A stretch of 64,000 nt of DNA from a bacterium (GTDB lineage: Bacteria > SAR324 > NAC60-12). Positions within the stretch are counted from its first letter, which is position 1, and each line of letters opens with the position of its first letter. The notes under the pieces were generated by a model. That model was not told where the DNA came from, did no database searches, and worked only from the letters and a program-made list of their open reading frames with translations. This document shows, piece after piece, positions 9,552-19,310 of this stretch. The translations under genes were made by a program, and so were the position numbers. Where the stretch lies: the NCBI GenBank assembly GCA_965209155.1, contig OZ242383.1, positions 1,408,001 to 1,472,000 of the forward strand. The letters are read 5' to 3'.

Positions 9552-10715
9552 TCACCCTTTGATCGATCCGGCCAACAAGCCGCGCGCAAAATATCGTTGC
9601 ATGGTCAAGAAGACCGCCAACGGCACCACCATGGAAATGAAGGCCCCCGTCGCAATGATTTCCCATTGTCCGGCGTAGGGCCCCAACATCCTGACAATGG
9701 CCTCTGTGACGACCACTCTTTTACCGGTGTTGTCGATCAGAAACACCTTGGCAGCCAGGAGATCGTTGAACGTCCACAGAAACTGGATGATTGCCCACGA
9801 GGCGATCGCCGGAATGCTGAGCGGCAGAATGATTCTGATAAAAATCTGGAAATCATTCGCGCCGTCGAGCTTGGCATTTTCGATAATTTCGCGCGGTATG
9901 CCGGCCATGTAGTTGCGCAAAAGAAAGATGGCGAACGCCATACTGAACGCGGAATGGGCGAGCCAAACGCCCGGATAGCTCTTGCCGATACCAATGTCCA
10001 CATACAGCTTCAGAATAGGGACCAAGGTAACCTGGATCGGCACGGCAAGGCCCGCGACGACCGCTACGATCAACAATGCATTGCCTCGGAAATTCATCCA
10101 GGCGAGCGCGTAGGCGGCAAATGCGGCAATCACGATCGGGATAATCGTCGACGGAATTGCCACAGTCAGCGTGTTGAGAAAGGCCTTCGTCATAGTTTGG
10201 CTGTTCTTCTTGTCGAACAGCATCCAGTGGTAATTTTCGAGCGTAAATTCGGGTGGCGCTCTTACCGTGACGAATACGCGTTGTCCGCGACCGCTCAACT
10301 GATCGTCGTTGCCGCGCCAGACGTAGTCGCCGTTGGCCTGAACAGTGATGCTTTCGCCGTCTCCCAGGTCGGCCACCTCACCGGGAACATAGGCATCGGT
10401 CGCTCGCGACGAGGTGCCCCAGAGGGTAATCTTCTTCGAGGACCCCTTGCCGAACAGATTGCCCGAGACCGTAAAGACGTCGCCGTCAGCCCGGCGAAAG
10501 TCGTCCGGATCGGCGACTCGGAGATCTTTTTTCTGCTCGGTTGTAAAGAGCGCTGTCCACCATCCTGAAGCCCTGATCTGGTCCCTGGTTCGGAACGAAG
10601 AGACGAACAGACCCAGCGTCGGAGCCAGCCACGCCGCGACCAGCAAAGCAACCGTGATGCGCACGACCCATTTTTTGAGCGATGATTTGGTTTCTACTAT
10701 TCCGTCCATGGTCAA
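9552..10715 (-). CDS. Sugar ABC permease (AglG-like), copy 1
   Basis: ENAKLDGA EAA-type loop, transmembrane segments. Confidence 0.92.
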   Translation of the reverse strand: MTMDGIVETKSSLKKWVVRITVALLVAAWLAPTLGLFVSSFRTRDQIRASGWWTALFTTEQKKDLRVADPDDFRRADGDVFTVSGNLFGKGSSKKITLWGTSSRATDAYVPGEVADLGDGESITVQANGDYVWRGNDDQLSGRGQRVFVTVRAPPEFTLENYHWMLFDKKNSQTMTKAFLNTLTVAIPSTIIPIVIAAFAAYALAWMNFRGNALLIVAVVAGLAVPIQVTLVPILKLYVDIGIGKSYPGVWLAHSAFSMAFAIFLLRNYMAGIPREIIENAKLDGANDFQIFIRIILPLSIPAIASWAIIQFLWTFNDLLAAKVFLIDNTGKRVVVTEAIVRMLGPYAGQWEIIATGAFISMVVPLAVFLTMQRYFARGLLAGSIKG

Positions 10716-10728
10716 TCCTCCCTATTTC

Positions 10729-11946
10729 TTAGCGGGCTTTGTACACATTCCAGTATATAATCGGCGACACTAGCAGCACGAGGATGATCACAGACGCCGA
10801 TCCGACTCCCCAGTCGAGGTCGTTGAACAGCTTGCGGTACAAGTAATTTGCCAGGATCGCCGTATTCCAATTACTGAAGGTCATCGTATAGACAATGTCG
10901 AACACCCTCAACACGCCCACCGTGAGGATGATCCACACCACGACGATTGTACCGGCGATTTGCGGGATCTTGATACGGAAAAATAACTGGAACGGAGTCG
11001 CGCCGTCGATGATGGCGGCCTCAACCGTTTCCTGCGGAATGCCGCGCAGCGCCGCCGACAGGATCACCATGGCTAAGCCGGTCTGGACCCAGATCATCAC
11101 GGCCATCAGGAAGAAATTGTTCCAGAACGGTATCGTCTTCCAGGCCTGGGTTTTGCCGTAAGTCAGGGTGATCGTGAACACATCGATCACGTTCAGAAGC
11201 GCCAGGACGGCGAGATAGGCCGCCGCCGCACCGGCAACTGCTCGCAGAGCCGCACTGATGATTCCGCCCTTTCGTTCCTCCGGAATGAAGAAGGGGCGCA
11301 GGAACAGGTAACAGACATACGCCGCCACCGCAGCGAAGCCCAACAGGATGACGGCCGGGAATATCCGCAGAAAAAGAAACGAGCCGACCCCGCCTTCGAA
11401 CTGCATCCAGACCGCGTTCAGAACCCCGGTCACGGGGCGGATATCATACAACAGCATGAAGACCACCGAGGCGCCGACCCACGAGATCGCCATGGGCATG
11501 AAGATGATCGTCCTGGCGATGTTGCCCCAGGCAATGCGGTCCGTCAGTTGGGCGAACAGGAGACCAAACGCCGTACACGTAGCGGGTACGACGATCAGCC
11601 ACAATATGTTGTTGCGCATCGCTTCCCGGAACTTCGGATCGCTGAACAACTGCTGATAGTTCGCAAGACCGACAAACGCATCGCCCGCATCGCGGTCAGT
11701 GAGCGACAAGCGCAGTGATTCGAAAACCGGATAGACCATGTAGACCCCTAACACGAAAATGGCCGGGAAGATGAACAACCACGGCCGGATCATGTTGGCG
11801 CGAGTGATGTTATCTCCGGCGTTCTCGCCGCGCGGCGGGAACAGGACTTTGTCGAGCAACTGATTGGAGAGGTAGAAGTAACCAAGGCAACCGCCGATAC
11901 CGCTGATGATGATGATGAGACCCGGGATTGCCGTGTTCATGTCCAT
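10729..11946 (-). CDS. Sugar ABC permease (AglF-like), copy 1
   Basis: EAAIIDGA loop, RPWLFIFPA. Confidence 0.92.
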   Translation of the reverse strand: MDMNTAIPGLIIIISGIGGCLGYFYLSNQLLDKVLFPPRGENAGDNITRANMIRPWLFIFPAIFVLGVYMVYPVFESLRLSLTDRDAGDAFVGLANYQQLFSDPKFREAMRNNILWLIVVPATCTAFGLLFAQLTDRIAWGNIARTIIFMPMAISWVGASVVFMLLYDIRPVTGVLNAVWMQFEGGVGSFLFLRIFPAVILLGFAAVAAYVCYLFLRPFFIPEERKGGIISAALRAVAGAAAAYLAVLALLNVIDVFTITLTYGKTQAWKTIPFWNNFFLMAVMIWVQTGLAMVILSAALRGIPQETVEAAIIDGATPFQLFFRIKIPQIAGTIVVVWIILTVGVLRVFDIVYTMTFSNWNTAILANYLYRKLFNDLDWGVGSASVIILVLLVSPIIYWNVYKAR

Positions 11947-12011
11947 GCTCTGCCCTAAATGTTGTCAAAGACGGTACCGATGAGGATGGTGTAATCTTTG
12001 CCAAAAAATTA

Positions 12012-12039
12012 GGATCCCGAGCAGCCTGGCTCGGGATCC
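12012..12039. terminator. Stem-loop after the binding-protein gene
   Basis: ggatcccgagc-agcctg-gctcgggatcc. Confidence 0.6.
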
Positions 12040-12063
12040 GTATGACTGTATGACCGCCCCGGA

Positions 12064-13458
12064 CTACTTGAGATTGTCCCAGACCTCTTGGATGCCCCTT
12101 AACACCTCTTTGGCAGACTTGCCACCGGTATAATCTATCATGCCCCGGTTAAAGGCCACGCCGCCAACGGCGCCGGGCATCAAGTCGCTTCCGTCGAACT
12201 GGAATGGGTCCGCGTTCAAGAGCATCTCATTCAACTTGGCAACGGCCGGGGGGTTAATCGCCTGATTGGCGTGCTTGTGCAGCGTCAGGAAACCGCCCTG
12301 AGCCATCATTAACTCGTGCGCAATCGGCGTCTTTAGCCATTCGATAAACCCACGGGCTGCTGGGCTGTCTTTGGTGATGGTCACAAAATGACCTCCACCA
12401 TTCACTGGGTATTTGGCAAGATCCGGCCTGTTGGCCCGGGTCGGAATGTAGAAGAAGTCCCAGTCGCCGAATTTTTTATCTTGTGGGAATACCCCCATGC
12501 TGTACGATCCCTGATGGAACATGTAGCAGTCCGGCGGGTTGTTGAAGATACCCGTCGCTGCTACTCGCCAATCGGCGCTGGCCACATGATCCGGGCCACC
12601 GAATACCATTTTTTCGTCGCGGAGAATTTCGCCCAATTCCTCGAGTGTGGCAACGATTCGGGGGTCATCAAATTTAATTTCGTTGGTGACCCACTTCTTG
12701 TACACTTCATGAGGATATTTGCGCAGCAAAAATTCCTCAAATAAGTCCTGTGCCGGCCAACCCGTCGAACCCTCAGCAAACAGAGCAACGCACCACGGTT
12801 TCTCGCCGTCGGCAACGATCCGATCTTCCAGCGCCTTCAGTTCTTCCCAGGTCTGCGGGATTTTGTAGCCCGCGTCCTCGAAGTTATCGGGGACGTACCA
12901 GATTTGCGACTTAACGTAGGTGAAGTAATGGATACCGTAAAAATGCTTCTTCCCGTCCGGACCTTCCCACATGGCTATGTCAACAAAGGTCTTGCCATCG
13001 GCGAAGTTTTCGTAAATCCAGGCAGCCAAATCGCAGTCGGCCAAATCGGAACACAAAGGGGTAACGAAGCCGCGCTTGGCCATGTCCTGGGCAAAACCTG
13101 GCAGAGCGAATGCGGTGATATTCGCTGATGTTCCTCCTTCGGCGTTAGCCACCACATCTTGCTTGAAGGTCTGCGAGCCGCGGTGGTTGGCGTCGGCACC
13201 GGTCGCTTCTGCGAAATAGGCCACCATATTTGCATACTGCTCGCCAAAGACACCTGTTTGTCTTGTGGTGACCGTGAGTTGCTGGCCAGAATAGTCGTGG
13301 GCTTTCGCGAAGGCGTGGTAGCTGTCCCAGTTGAACTCGCCTTCGCCAATCGGGAATATGAGGTGGCTATCCGCATGCGCGACACCCGTCAGGGCGAAGA
13401 TAGCGACCATCAAAGTCCCTATAAACCCGAACCTTTTTTTCACTTTTATCTTTTTCAT
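12064..13458 (-). CDS. Sugar ABC substrate-binding protein (AglE-like), copy 1
   Basis: Signal peptide (AHA), VKSQIWY, KPWC, FDGSDLMPGAVG; alternative start 13488. Confidence 0.9.
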   Translation of the reverse strand: MKKIKVKKRFGFIGTLMVAIFALTGVAHADSHLIFPIGEGEFNWDSYHAFAKAHDYSGQQLTVTTRQTGVFGEQYANMVAYFAEATGADANHRGSQTFKQDVVANAEGGTSANITAFALPGFAQDMAKRGFVTPLCSDLADCDLAAWIYENFADGKTFVDIAMWEGPDGKKHFYGIHYFTYVKSQIWYVPDNFEDAGYKIPQTWEELKALEDRIVADGEKPWCVALFAEGSTGWPAQDLFEEFLLRKYPHEVYKKWVTNEIKFDDPRIVATLEELGEILRDEKMVFGGPDHVASADWRVAATGIFNNPPDCYMFHQGSYSMGVFPQDKKFGDWDFFYIPTRANRPDLAKYPVNGGGHFVTITKDSPAARGFIEWLKTPIAHELMMAQGGFLTLHKHANQAINPPAVAKLNEMLLNADPFQFDGSDLMPGAVGGVAFNRGMIDYTGGKSAKEVLRGIQEVWDNLK

Positions 13459-13880
13459 AATAATTTCTCCAAATACGATTGATTTCATAATTATCTCCCA
13501 ATTCTAGTTTTTTGAGATTGAAGGAATGTAACTATTCAGGTCTCTGAAAAACCCGTTCAGTTAAATATCATTAAAAAGATTCCCGGAGAGGACCGATCGT
13601 TTTCAAGTCCTCCCACGATATTGTTCCATCGATCGGGAACCCTTTTTTTCACTAAAACAACTTAGTGATGGTATGATTATAGCACTACTACTACTACTTG
13701 CATAATGTCAACCCCCAAATTAAAAAAAATGCAGGATTCGTAAAAAAAAATTAAAAATCTATCAATCAGGGAGATCCGCTTCTTTATGATCATGAGCCAA
13801 AAAGCGAAGGTTCACTCCACAATCCAGTGTTTTTTCCAATGGCGATAATGATCGTAAACGCTTTGCCAGGGAGGTAAATC

Positions 13881-14009
13881 ATGGATGAGCATACTCCACT
13901 GACAACTCGTTTTCACGACCTACAAAATCGCATTGACGATGCTATGTTTGCCAGGAATACATTTGGCCCGCAAGGGGCGAAACGTTTAAAAAAAGGGGAG
14001 TTTCAGTAA
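13881..14009 (+). CDS. 42-aa small ORF or gene fragment inside the IS66 relic
   Basis: Strong RBS agggaggt 5 nt before ATG; MDEHTPLTTRFHDLQNRIDD... Confidence 0.3.
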   Translation: MDEHTPLTTRFHDLQNRIDDAMFARNTFGPQGAKRLKKGEFQ

Positions 14010-14029
14010 CAAGGAGGCGCAGGTAAAAG

Positions 14030-14912
14030 CTTGTCCCGGACTGGATTCGGGAGAGACAAAGCCTGAGTGAGCAAATCGAGGATGGATTTTCCCTGTTTTC
14101 TGGTAGTGGAAATAGCTCCTCGGGAGGGAGGTTTCATCAAAATGAACCACCTCCGCTTGAATCAGAGCTTCAGCCACTTGTTGTTGCAAGGGATAAAGCC
14201 TCTGGGCGGCTTGCTGGAGGCTAGCATAAATCGTGGCCGCATTGAGCGGCTGGCCGAACAGATCCTCAAAGAATTGCTGGCATCGATCAAAGGGCAGAAA
14301 CTGATATTGATTGAGATAAACCGCTAAGCCTTTGATCCGGGGACCATATTGAGTGGGTCCCTCTATCCCTGCTGGAAAATTCGAGCGATTCAGATGCCGG
14401 CAGCAGGGACAAATTTTTTGTTCCACCTGATGCTCGGTGACCTCTAATTGGAGCGGGGGAAGATCAAACACTTGGCGTTTATGCCGGGCCTCAACCATCA
14501 CTTGGGATAAATCTTCTCCACAGGCTTCACAGGTGCTAACAAAATGAGGTTCCACATGATCTGGTGATTCACTGAAAGGCAAATGATGGCCTTTATGACC
14601 GGGTTGACCTCCGCGAGAGCGACCCCTGCTTTTACGCAAACTTTTGTTCTTTCGACTTTGATCGCTGGAAGGAGGCTTACTTGAGTTTTGGCTGTTGAGA
14701 GCCAACTGATCCCGAAGTTGCTTATTTTCTGCTTCGAGCGCTTCAATACGTTCGAGGAGTTTTAATCGCTCTTTCTTCCATTGCTCCCGTTCTTCTTCAA
14801 AGAGTTGACAGGCTTCTTGAAGAGCCTCGAGGTGGGGAATCGATGAAAGGGAATCAATATATTTTTGAACTTTCGAGAGCATAATGTCCATTCTGGACTT
14901 TATGCTTTGCAA
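14030..14912 (-). pseudogene. IS66 transposase with catalytic core deleted
   Basis: NSSKPPSSD, GGQPGHKG, Zn finger and HFDET, then joined out of frame to the C-terminal ISTTRKQGKSILDLL. Confidence 0.88.
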
Positions 14913-14977
14913 AACCTGTGCTTAAATCAATGGGGGATCTAAAGAATCCTAAATAGTTACTTTTGAGCAATATCATT

Positions 14978-15859
14978 ATGCCCCAAGCCTATCCAAAAAC
15001 TCGCTGGCATCGTATCTTGGGGAAAATGCTGGAGGAATGGCTCATTCCGGTCAACATCACCGTCAATCTTGAATTTCCCCTCTCAAACGATCCCCCTGAA
15101 GCCGATATTCTCTTAATCCGCAATACCAAAAATCAGTGGAACCAGACCCAAAAAGAACGATTGCCCGATGGCATCCGACAAACCCACGCTTCTCACATTT
15201 TGATTGAGTTCAAATATTCTCAATCCACCAACACTGATGCTTTTTTTCAGATAATCAGTTATTATAGTTTCTATCAACGTGCTAAAAAAATATCCAAGCG
15301 TCAGTTACGAGCTTTTGTGGTCAGTAGCAAAACCCCCAATGCTCAAACATTAAGGGATTTCGGATATGCTACTACCGATCACGCGGGAGTGTATCAAAGC
15401 AAGAATGTGTTTCTAGAAGCCATAGATCTCATTGTGCTCAATGAATCGGAAAACACCGCCTATAACGCCCCGCTGAAATGCTTTGCCAGTCGAAAAAAAG
15501 AACAACGAAAGGCTTTTGAAATCATTGAACACGGTCAAATTCAAAAAACCTCTAAAACGCTTGGTTGGTTGTTGGAAGGATTAGCCCAACGTTTACTTCT
15601 TCAGAAAGGAAGGAATATGTCAGACAGAGAAGAACTTACCCCGGATGAGCTCATTGAGGAAGGGAAAAAATGGGAAAAATTTGTCTTAGCCCATACTTCT
15701 ATTGAAGAACGATTAGCAGGCGTGCCCCCGGAAGAGGTCTTAAAAAATTATGCTCCGGAAGAGGTCTTAAAAAATTATGCTCCGGAAGAGGTCTTAAAAA
15801 ATTACTCTCTCAAGGATATACAACGTTATTTGGATACTTTAAAGCAAAAAAAACCTTGA
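14978..15859 (+). CDS. Rpn-like PD-(D/E)XK nuclease-fold protein with C-terminal repeats
   Basis: PPEADILLIR...LIEFKY motif; EERLAG followed by PEEVLKNY x3. Confidence 0.7.
   Translation: MPQAYPKTRWHRILGKMLEEWLIPVNITVNLEFPLSNDPPEADILLIRNTKNQWNQTQKERLPDGIRQTHASHILIEFKYSQSTNTDAFFQIISYYSFYQRAKKISKRQLRAFVVSSKTPNAQTLRDFGYATTDHAGVYQSKNVFLEAIDLIVLNESENTAYNAPLKCFASRKKEQRKAFEIIEHGQIQKTSKTLGWLLEGLAQRLLLQKGRNMSDREELTPDELIEEGKKWEKFVLAHTSIEERLAGVPPEEVLKNYAPEEVLKNYAPEEVLKNYSLKDIQRYLDTLKQKKP
15728..15804 (+). repeat. 27-bp tandem repeat x3 (coding PEEVLKNYA)
   Basis: ccggaagaggtcttaaaaaattatgct. Confidence 0.95.
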
Positions 15860-15899
15860 CTCCTTTTCCTGCAAGGGGTCCATCAAAACCATCTTTCTT

Positions 15900-17404
15900 T
15901 TATGAAGGTTTGAGATGATATTGGATTATTTTTCGATACAATGTTTTACGATCAACCTTCAGGAGGGTTGAAACTTTGCCCTGGTGCCAGTCATTATCTT
16001 CCAGGACCCTGGTCAAATACAGTTTTTCGAATCGCTTCACAGTGGCATCCAAGGATTCATTGGTTTCACGCTCCTCAACCGAGACCGGTGGTTCTGTTTG
16101 GCTGTCATCGATTAAAGAGGTATCGAGGAAGTCGAGTTTCTCGATCGTCAGGTAGCGATGCAGGGTTTTTCTTTTCTATCACTCATCTCATGGATGGCTT
16201 CGGCCACCAGTTCTTTACCGGTCCCTGATTCACCGTATACAATGACGACCACATCGCTAGCCGCCGCCTTTAAGATCAATTCATAAATCTCCTGCATCAC
16301 GGGGCTTTTGCCGATGATCTTTCCGAAGCGATAACGTTCCTTAATGTTGGCCTTCAGGCGGACATTCTCCTCACGCAAGGAGGTTTCGCTCTTTTTGAGG
16401 TTTTCGTGAAGCCTGGCATTTTCCAGAGAGATGGCGATCTGGGAGGTGAGGTGCTTGATCAATTCGAGTCGCCGGGAGGTGAAGGCCCCCTCGACCAGGT
16501 TATTTTCCAGGTAAATGATGCCGCTCAAGGCGCACTGATGATGTATCGGTGCGCACAGGATGGATTTGGGACGCTCCCTTGTTCCAGTTCCGGGATCACC
16601 CGGGTCACCAGTTGTCCATTGGGCCCCAGAGCAGTCCGTATCCTGCTTTTCCAACGCTCCATTCCGGATTGGCCTTCAGCCGGTATCTCCTGGATGATCC
16701 CCCGCAGCGCCTGGATCAGGGCGCTGTAGGGGATATTGTGCCGGAGCTGGTCAAACTTGCCGGAGATGAAGAAACCGTTTTTTTGGGCAACAGACCTGTG
16801 AATTTCACCGACCAGGGCGGTTTTACCGACACCGGCGGATCCCGAGATCAGCACCATCTCGGTCGCTCCCTGGCTGACTCGCTCCAGGGCGGCCTCCAGG
16901 GCGATGATTTCATCCTCCCGGCCGTAAAGCCCCGGGGCGATCTGCAGTTCTTTGGGAATGTCCAGGTGAGCTAAGGGAAAGTCGATCAGGCTCCCCTGGT
17001 TTTCCATTTGCTCCACACATGTCAGCAGATCGGCTTCCAGACCCGAATGACTCTGGTAGCGCGCCTCGGCACGCTTGGCTATCAGTTTCATCACCATATT
17101 AGAAAGGACTCTGGGTACTTGCGGTTCAATTATTATTCTTCGCATCCACCGGATCATGACCCAGAACCACCTCATGCATCAGGTTCCTGGCAATGTTGCG
17201 GGCTTCTTTGGCGGTCAAAACCCCATGCATGCCAATGGTATAGCGTCTCTGTCGTCTATTGATGCGGTATTGCAGGAGATACACCCGTCTTCCCTTTGGG
17301 GTTATTTTACAGCCGAACATCGGCAGCTCCGTGTCCCACAGGAAGCGGTCTTTTGTTCCGCATGACATATTTTCGACGGATTGCTTTCTGATTTTGCCTT
17401 TCAC
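15900..17404 (-). pseudogene. Internally deleted paralog of the 1969-aa arm-domain sigma54 activator
   Basis: Arm domain, ATPase piece, GAF piece, GESGTGKE and Fis-HTH (VDRKTLYRK) joined across three deletions at about 17130, 16579 and 16163. Confidence 0.9.
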
Positions 17405-17580
17405 AGTCCTTCCGCTATTTTGGATATCAAATAAAAATCAATGATTCTGCTTGACGCATCGTACAACGTCACCGCTGTGGAAAAATAGACAGTAAACAAA
17501 TAGCAAACATTCATCAACAGAATTGTTTGTCTGGTGGATGGTCGAATCCCGGAGAAAAGAGATGATGAGTAGCCTACCGA
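17405..17580. repeat. Upstream region shared with 35280-35535, including agtaaacaaatagcaaaca
   Basis: Direct sequence match. Confidence 0.9.
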
Positions 17581-17835
17581 GCTGTCACTGCCGGGGGACT
17601 TATCTTTACGATACCGCGACGGCTATGGTCAGCTTGATCAACTTTTTAGGTTCAGCGATTGCTTTGCAGAAAGGCCACGGAATTCTCAAGCGACAGCAGC
17701 GGAGGGAGGATTTGCATGAAGCGTTCGGCCATTTTGGCCCGCTCCCCACCAAACCCTGACATCACAAATGGGAGCAGGATTCGCTATTTCGTTACGATGG
17801 TTCATTGTCCTTTCCTCCTATTCTCTGCATCTCTT

Positions 17836-18933
17836 TCAAGAACCTCTCGATTTGAAATAAGGGATGATTTCTTTGGACAGGATTTCGTCACTCTCCTCAT
17901 CGGCGATGAGGGGAACTACAGCGATGTTTGTCGCACCCAAGTTCACGAACTTCTCGAAAGTATCGAGACATTGCTGGAGGGATCCCACCGCCATCATCTC
18001 ATCGATCCCTCGATCGAGCGCTTCCTCCGGGACTTGAAGCTGTTCGACGGCCCTGTTTAATTCATTCGCATAGTCCGTGGTGGGCGCAATGTATTGATAC
18101 TCCAGCTTCTTCCGTGAAGATTCGTCCGCGACTTCCACACCCAGATCCTTCTGGAGCCTTGTGTGGAAGACCAAGGTCTCCTTCAAGAGTTGCTTTGCCT
18201 TCTCCCGCACGGAACGTGTCTCACTAACGGCGAAGGGAATATACGCTATAACATCGATCTCGTCGATGCTCCGGCCCGACCGCTCCGCCGCCTTGCTCAT
18301 CACCGAGACCTTTCTCTTGAAGGAGGCCTCCGTATTCGGATTGCCCGACAACCAGCCCTGGCACATCTCGCCAATGAGGTTGAACAGCTTCGTCGACGTG
18401 AACGCGCCGATGTAGATGGGCGGATGGGGCTTCTGGACCGGCAGCAAAGAGAGATGGGCGTCCTCGAGGCAATAGTGCTCCCCGGAATAGCTGACCGGAT
18501 TGTCGATGGAAGAGCCCCACAGGAGCTTCATCACTTCCAGCGATTCTTTGAGCCGGCTGACCCGAACGTCGGGGGGCTCCCAGAGTATCCCAAAGGGCTG
18601 GGTGTTCATGACCTCCCCTGCCCCGATGCCCAGATTGACGCGACCATTCGTTAGATGATCCAAGGTCGCTATCATGCCGGCGACCTTGGCAGGGTGTATC
18701 CTCTGAATGTCGGTCACGCCCGATCCCAGCCTGATCGTCGTCGTCCTTGCGCCGATGTTCCCCAGTATGGTCCAGGCATCGTAGACTGCCGACACCGGCG
18801 GCATGTCTGTCAGGTGGTCGGACGGCCACACGCAATCGATGCCTAGCTTCTCTGCCCCCACCCCCTTGTCCGCAGCTTCTCTCGGATTCGGGCCAGGGGG
18901 GCAAATGGAAAAACGGATCTTGCTCTGATTCAT
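17836..18933 (-). CDS. LLM-class flavin-dependent oxidoreductase
   Basis: WPSDH, RLGSGVT, GRVNLGIGAG, PVQKPHPPIYIG. Confidence 0.9.
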   Translation of the reverse strand: MNQSKIRFSICPPGPNPREAADKGVGAEKLGIDCVWPSDHLTDMPPVSAVYDAWTILGNIGARTTTIRLGSGVTDIQRIHPAKVAGMIATLDHLTNGRVNLGIGAGEVMNTQPFGILWEPPDVRVSRLKESLEVMKLLWGSSIDNPVSYSGEHYCLEDAHLSLLPVQKPHPPIYIGAFTSTKLFNLIGEMCQGWLSGNPNTEASFKRKVSVMSKAAERSGRSIDEIDVIAYIPFAVSETRSVREKAKQLLKETLVFHTRLQKDLGVEVADESSRKKLEYQYIAPTTDYANELNRAVEQLQVPEEALDRGIDEMMAVGSLQQCLDTFEKFVNLGATNIAVVPLIADEESDEILSKEIIPYFKSRGS

Positions 18934-19003
18934 GTCTTGCTCTCCTTTAAAGATGAATCCCACTTTCCTTTTTTTCTCCAAATATGACAATCATATTCCC
19001 ATT

Positions 19004-19222
19004 CTACGGATGTCCTCCGGAGGGAAGGACATTGGCCAATTGGTCACGGACCCCGTATTGGTCGAAGAGGGCTTCTACCTGAGCCCAATGGGAATCGTAT
19101 CCCGTAAGATTGGCCTGGGCCAGGTGATCTGCCACGATACCGGTGTGGCCAGCCGAGGCTCCTCCCGCCTGCATCATCACATCGGTTATCCGGACAATCT
19201 GATGTTTCGTTAAAATTGGCAT
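19004..19222 (-). pseudogene. Ldh_2 (malate/L-lactate/ureidoglycolate dehydrogenase) family gene with its middle deleted
   Basis: N-terminal VADHLAQANLTGYDSH fused to C-terminal-like WAQVEALFDQYGV. Confidence 0.75.
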
Positions 19223-19310
19223 GTTCAACTCCTTCAAATTCAGTTAGATAGCTCCCCTCCCCTGGAGGGAGTAATTGGGGGAGGGGGATAATTGGTTTTA
19301 AAACAGCTTC

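Larger units (their letters stand above)
13528..14960 (-). mobile_element. IS66-family (ISBst12-like) relic
   Basis: Terminal IRs gtaactattcagg (13528) and cctaaatagttac (ends 14960); no matching target duplication. Confidence 0.75.

Noticed and set aside
8391..10568. Long plus-strand ORFs (320 and 352 aa) and similar antisense ORFs elsewhere
   Set aside because: Shadows of GC-rich minus-strand ABC genes; no recognisable motifs
13684..13698. (CTA)n run as DnaA-trios
   Set aside because: Inside the IS66 relic with no origin context; likely a microsatellite
15728..15804. 27-bp repeats as CRISPR
   Set aside because: Head-to-tail with no spacers; they encode a peptide repeat
17126..17404. Stand-alone integrase or prophage
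   Set aside because: Arm domain only; it is the 5' piece of the deleted activator paralog, with no catalytic domain or phage genes
17533..17552. tRNA 3' end or att core (tggtgga..gtcgaatccc; also at 35486 and 28577)
   Set aside because: Match too short; spacing and orientation do not fit a T-arm plus acceptor stem
19252..19286. ctcccctcccc...ggggagggg palindrome as a separate element
   Set aside because: Single degenerate REP-like remnant with no second copy or boundaries in the window
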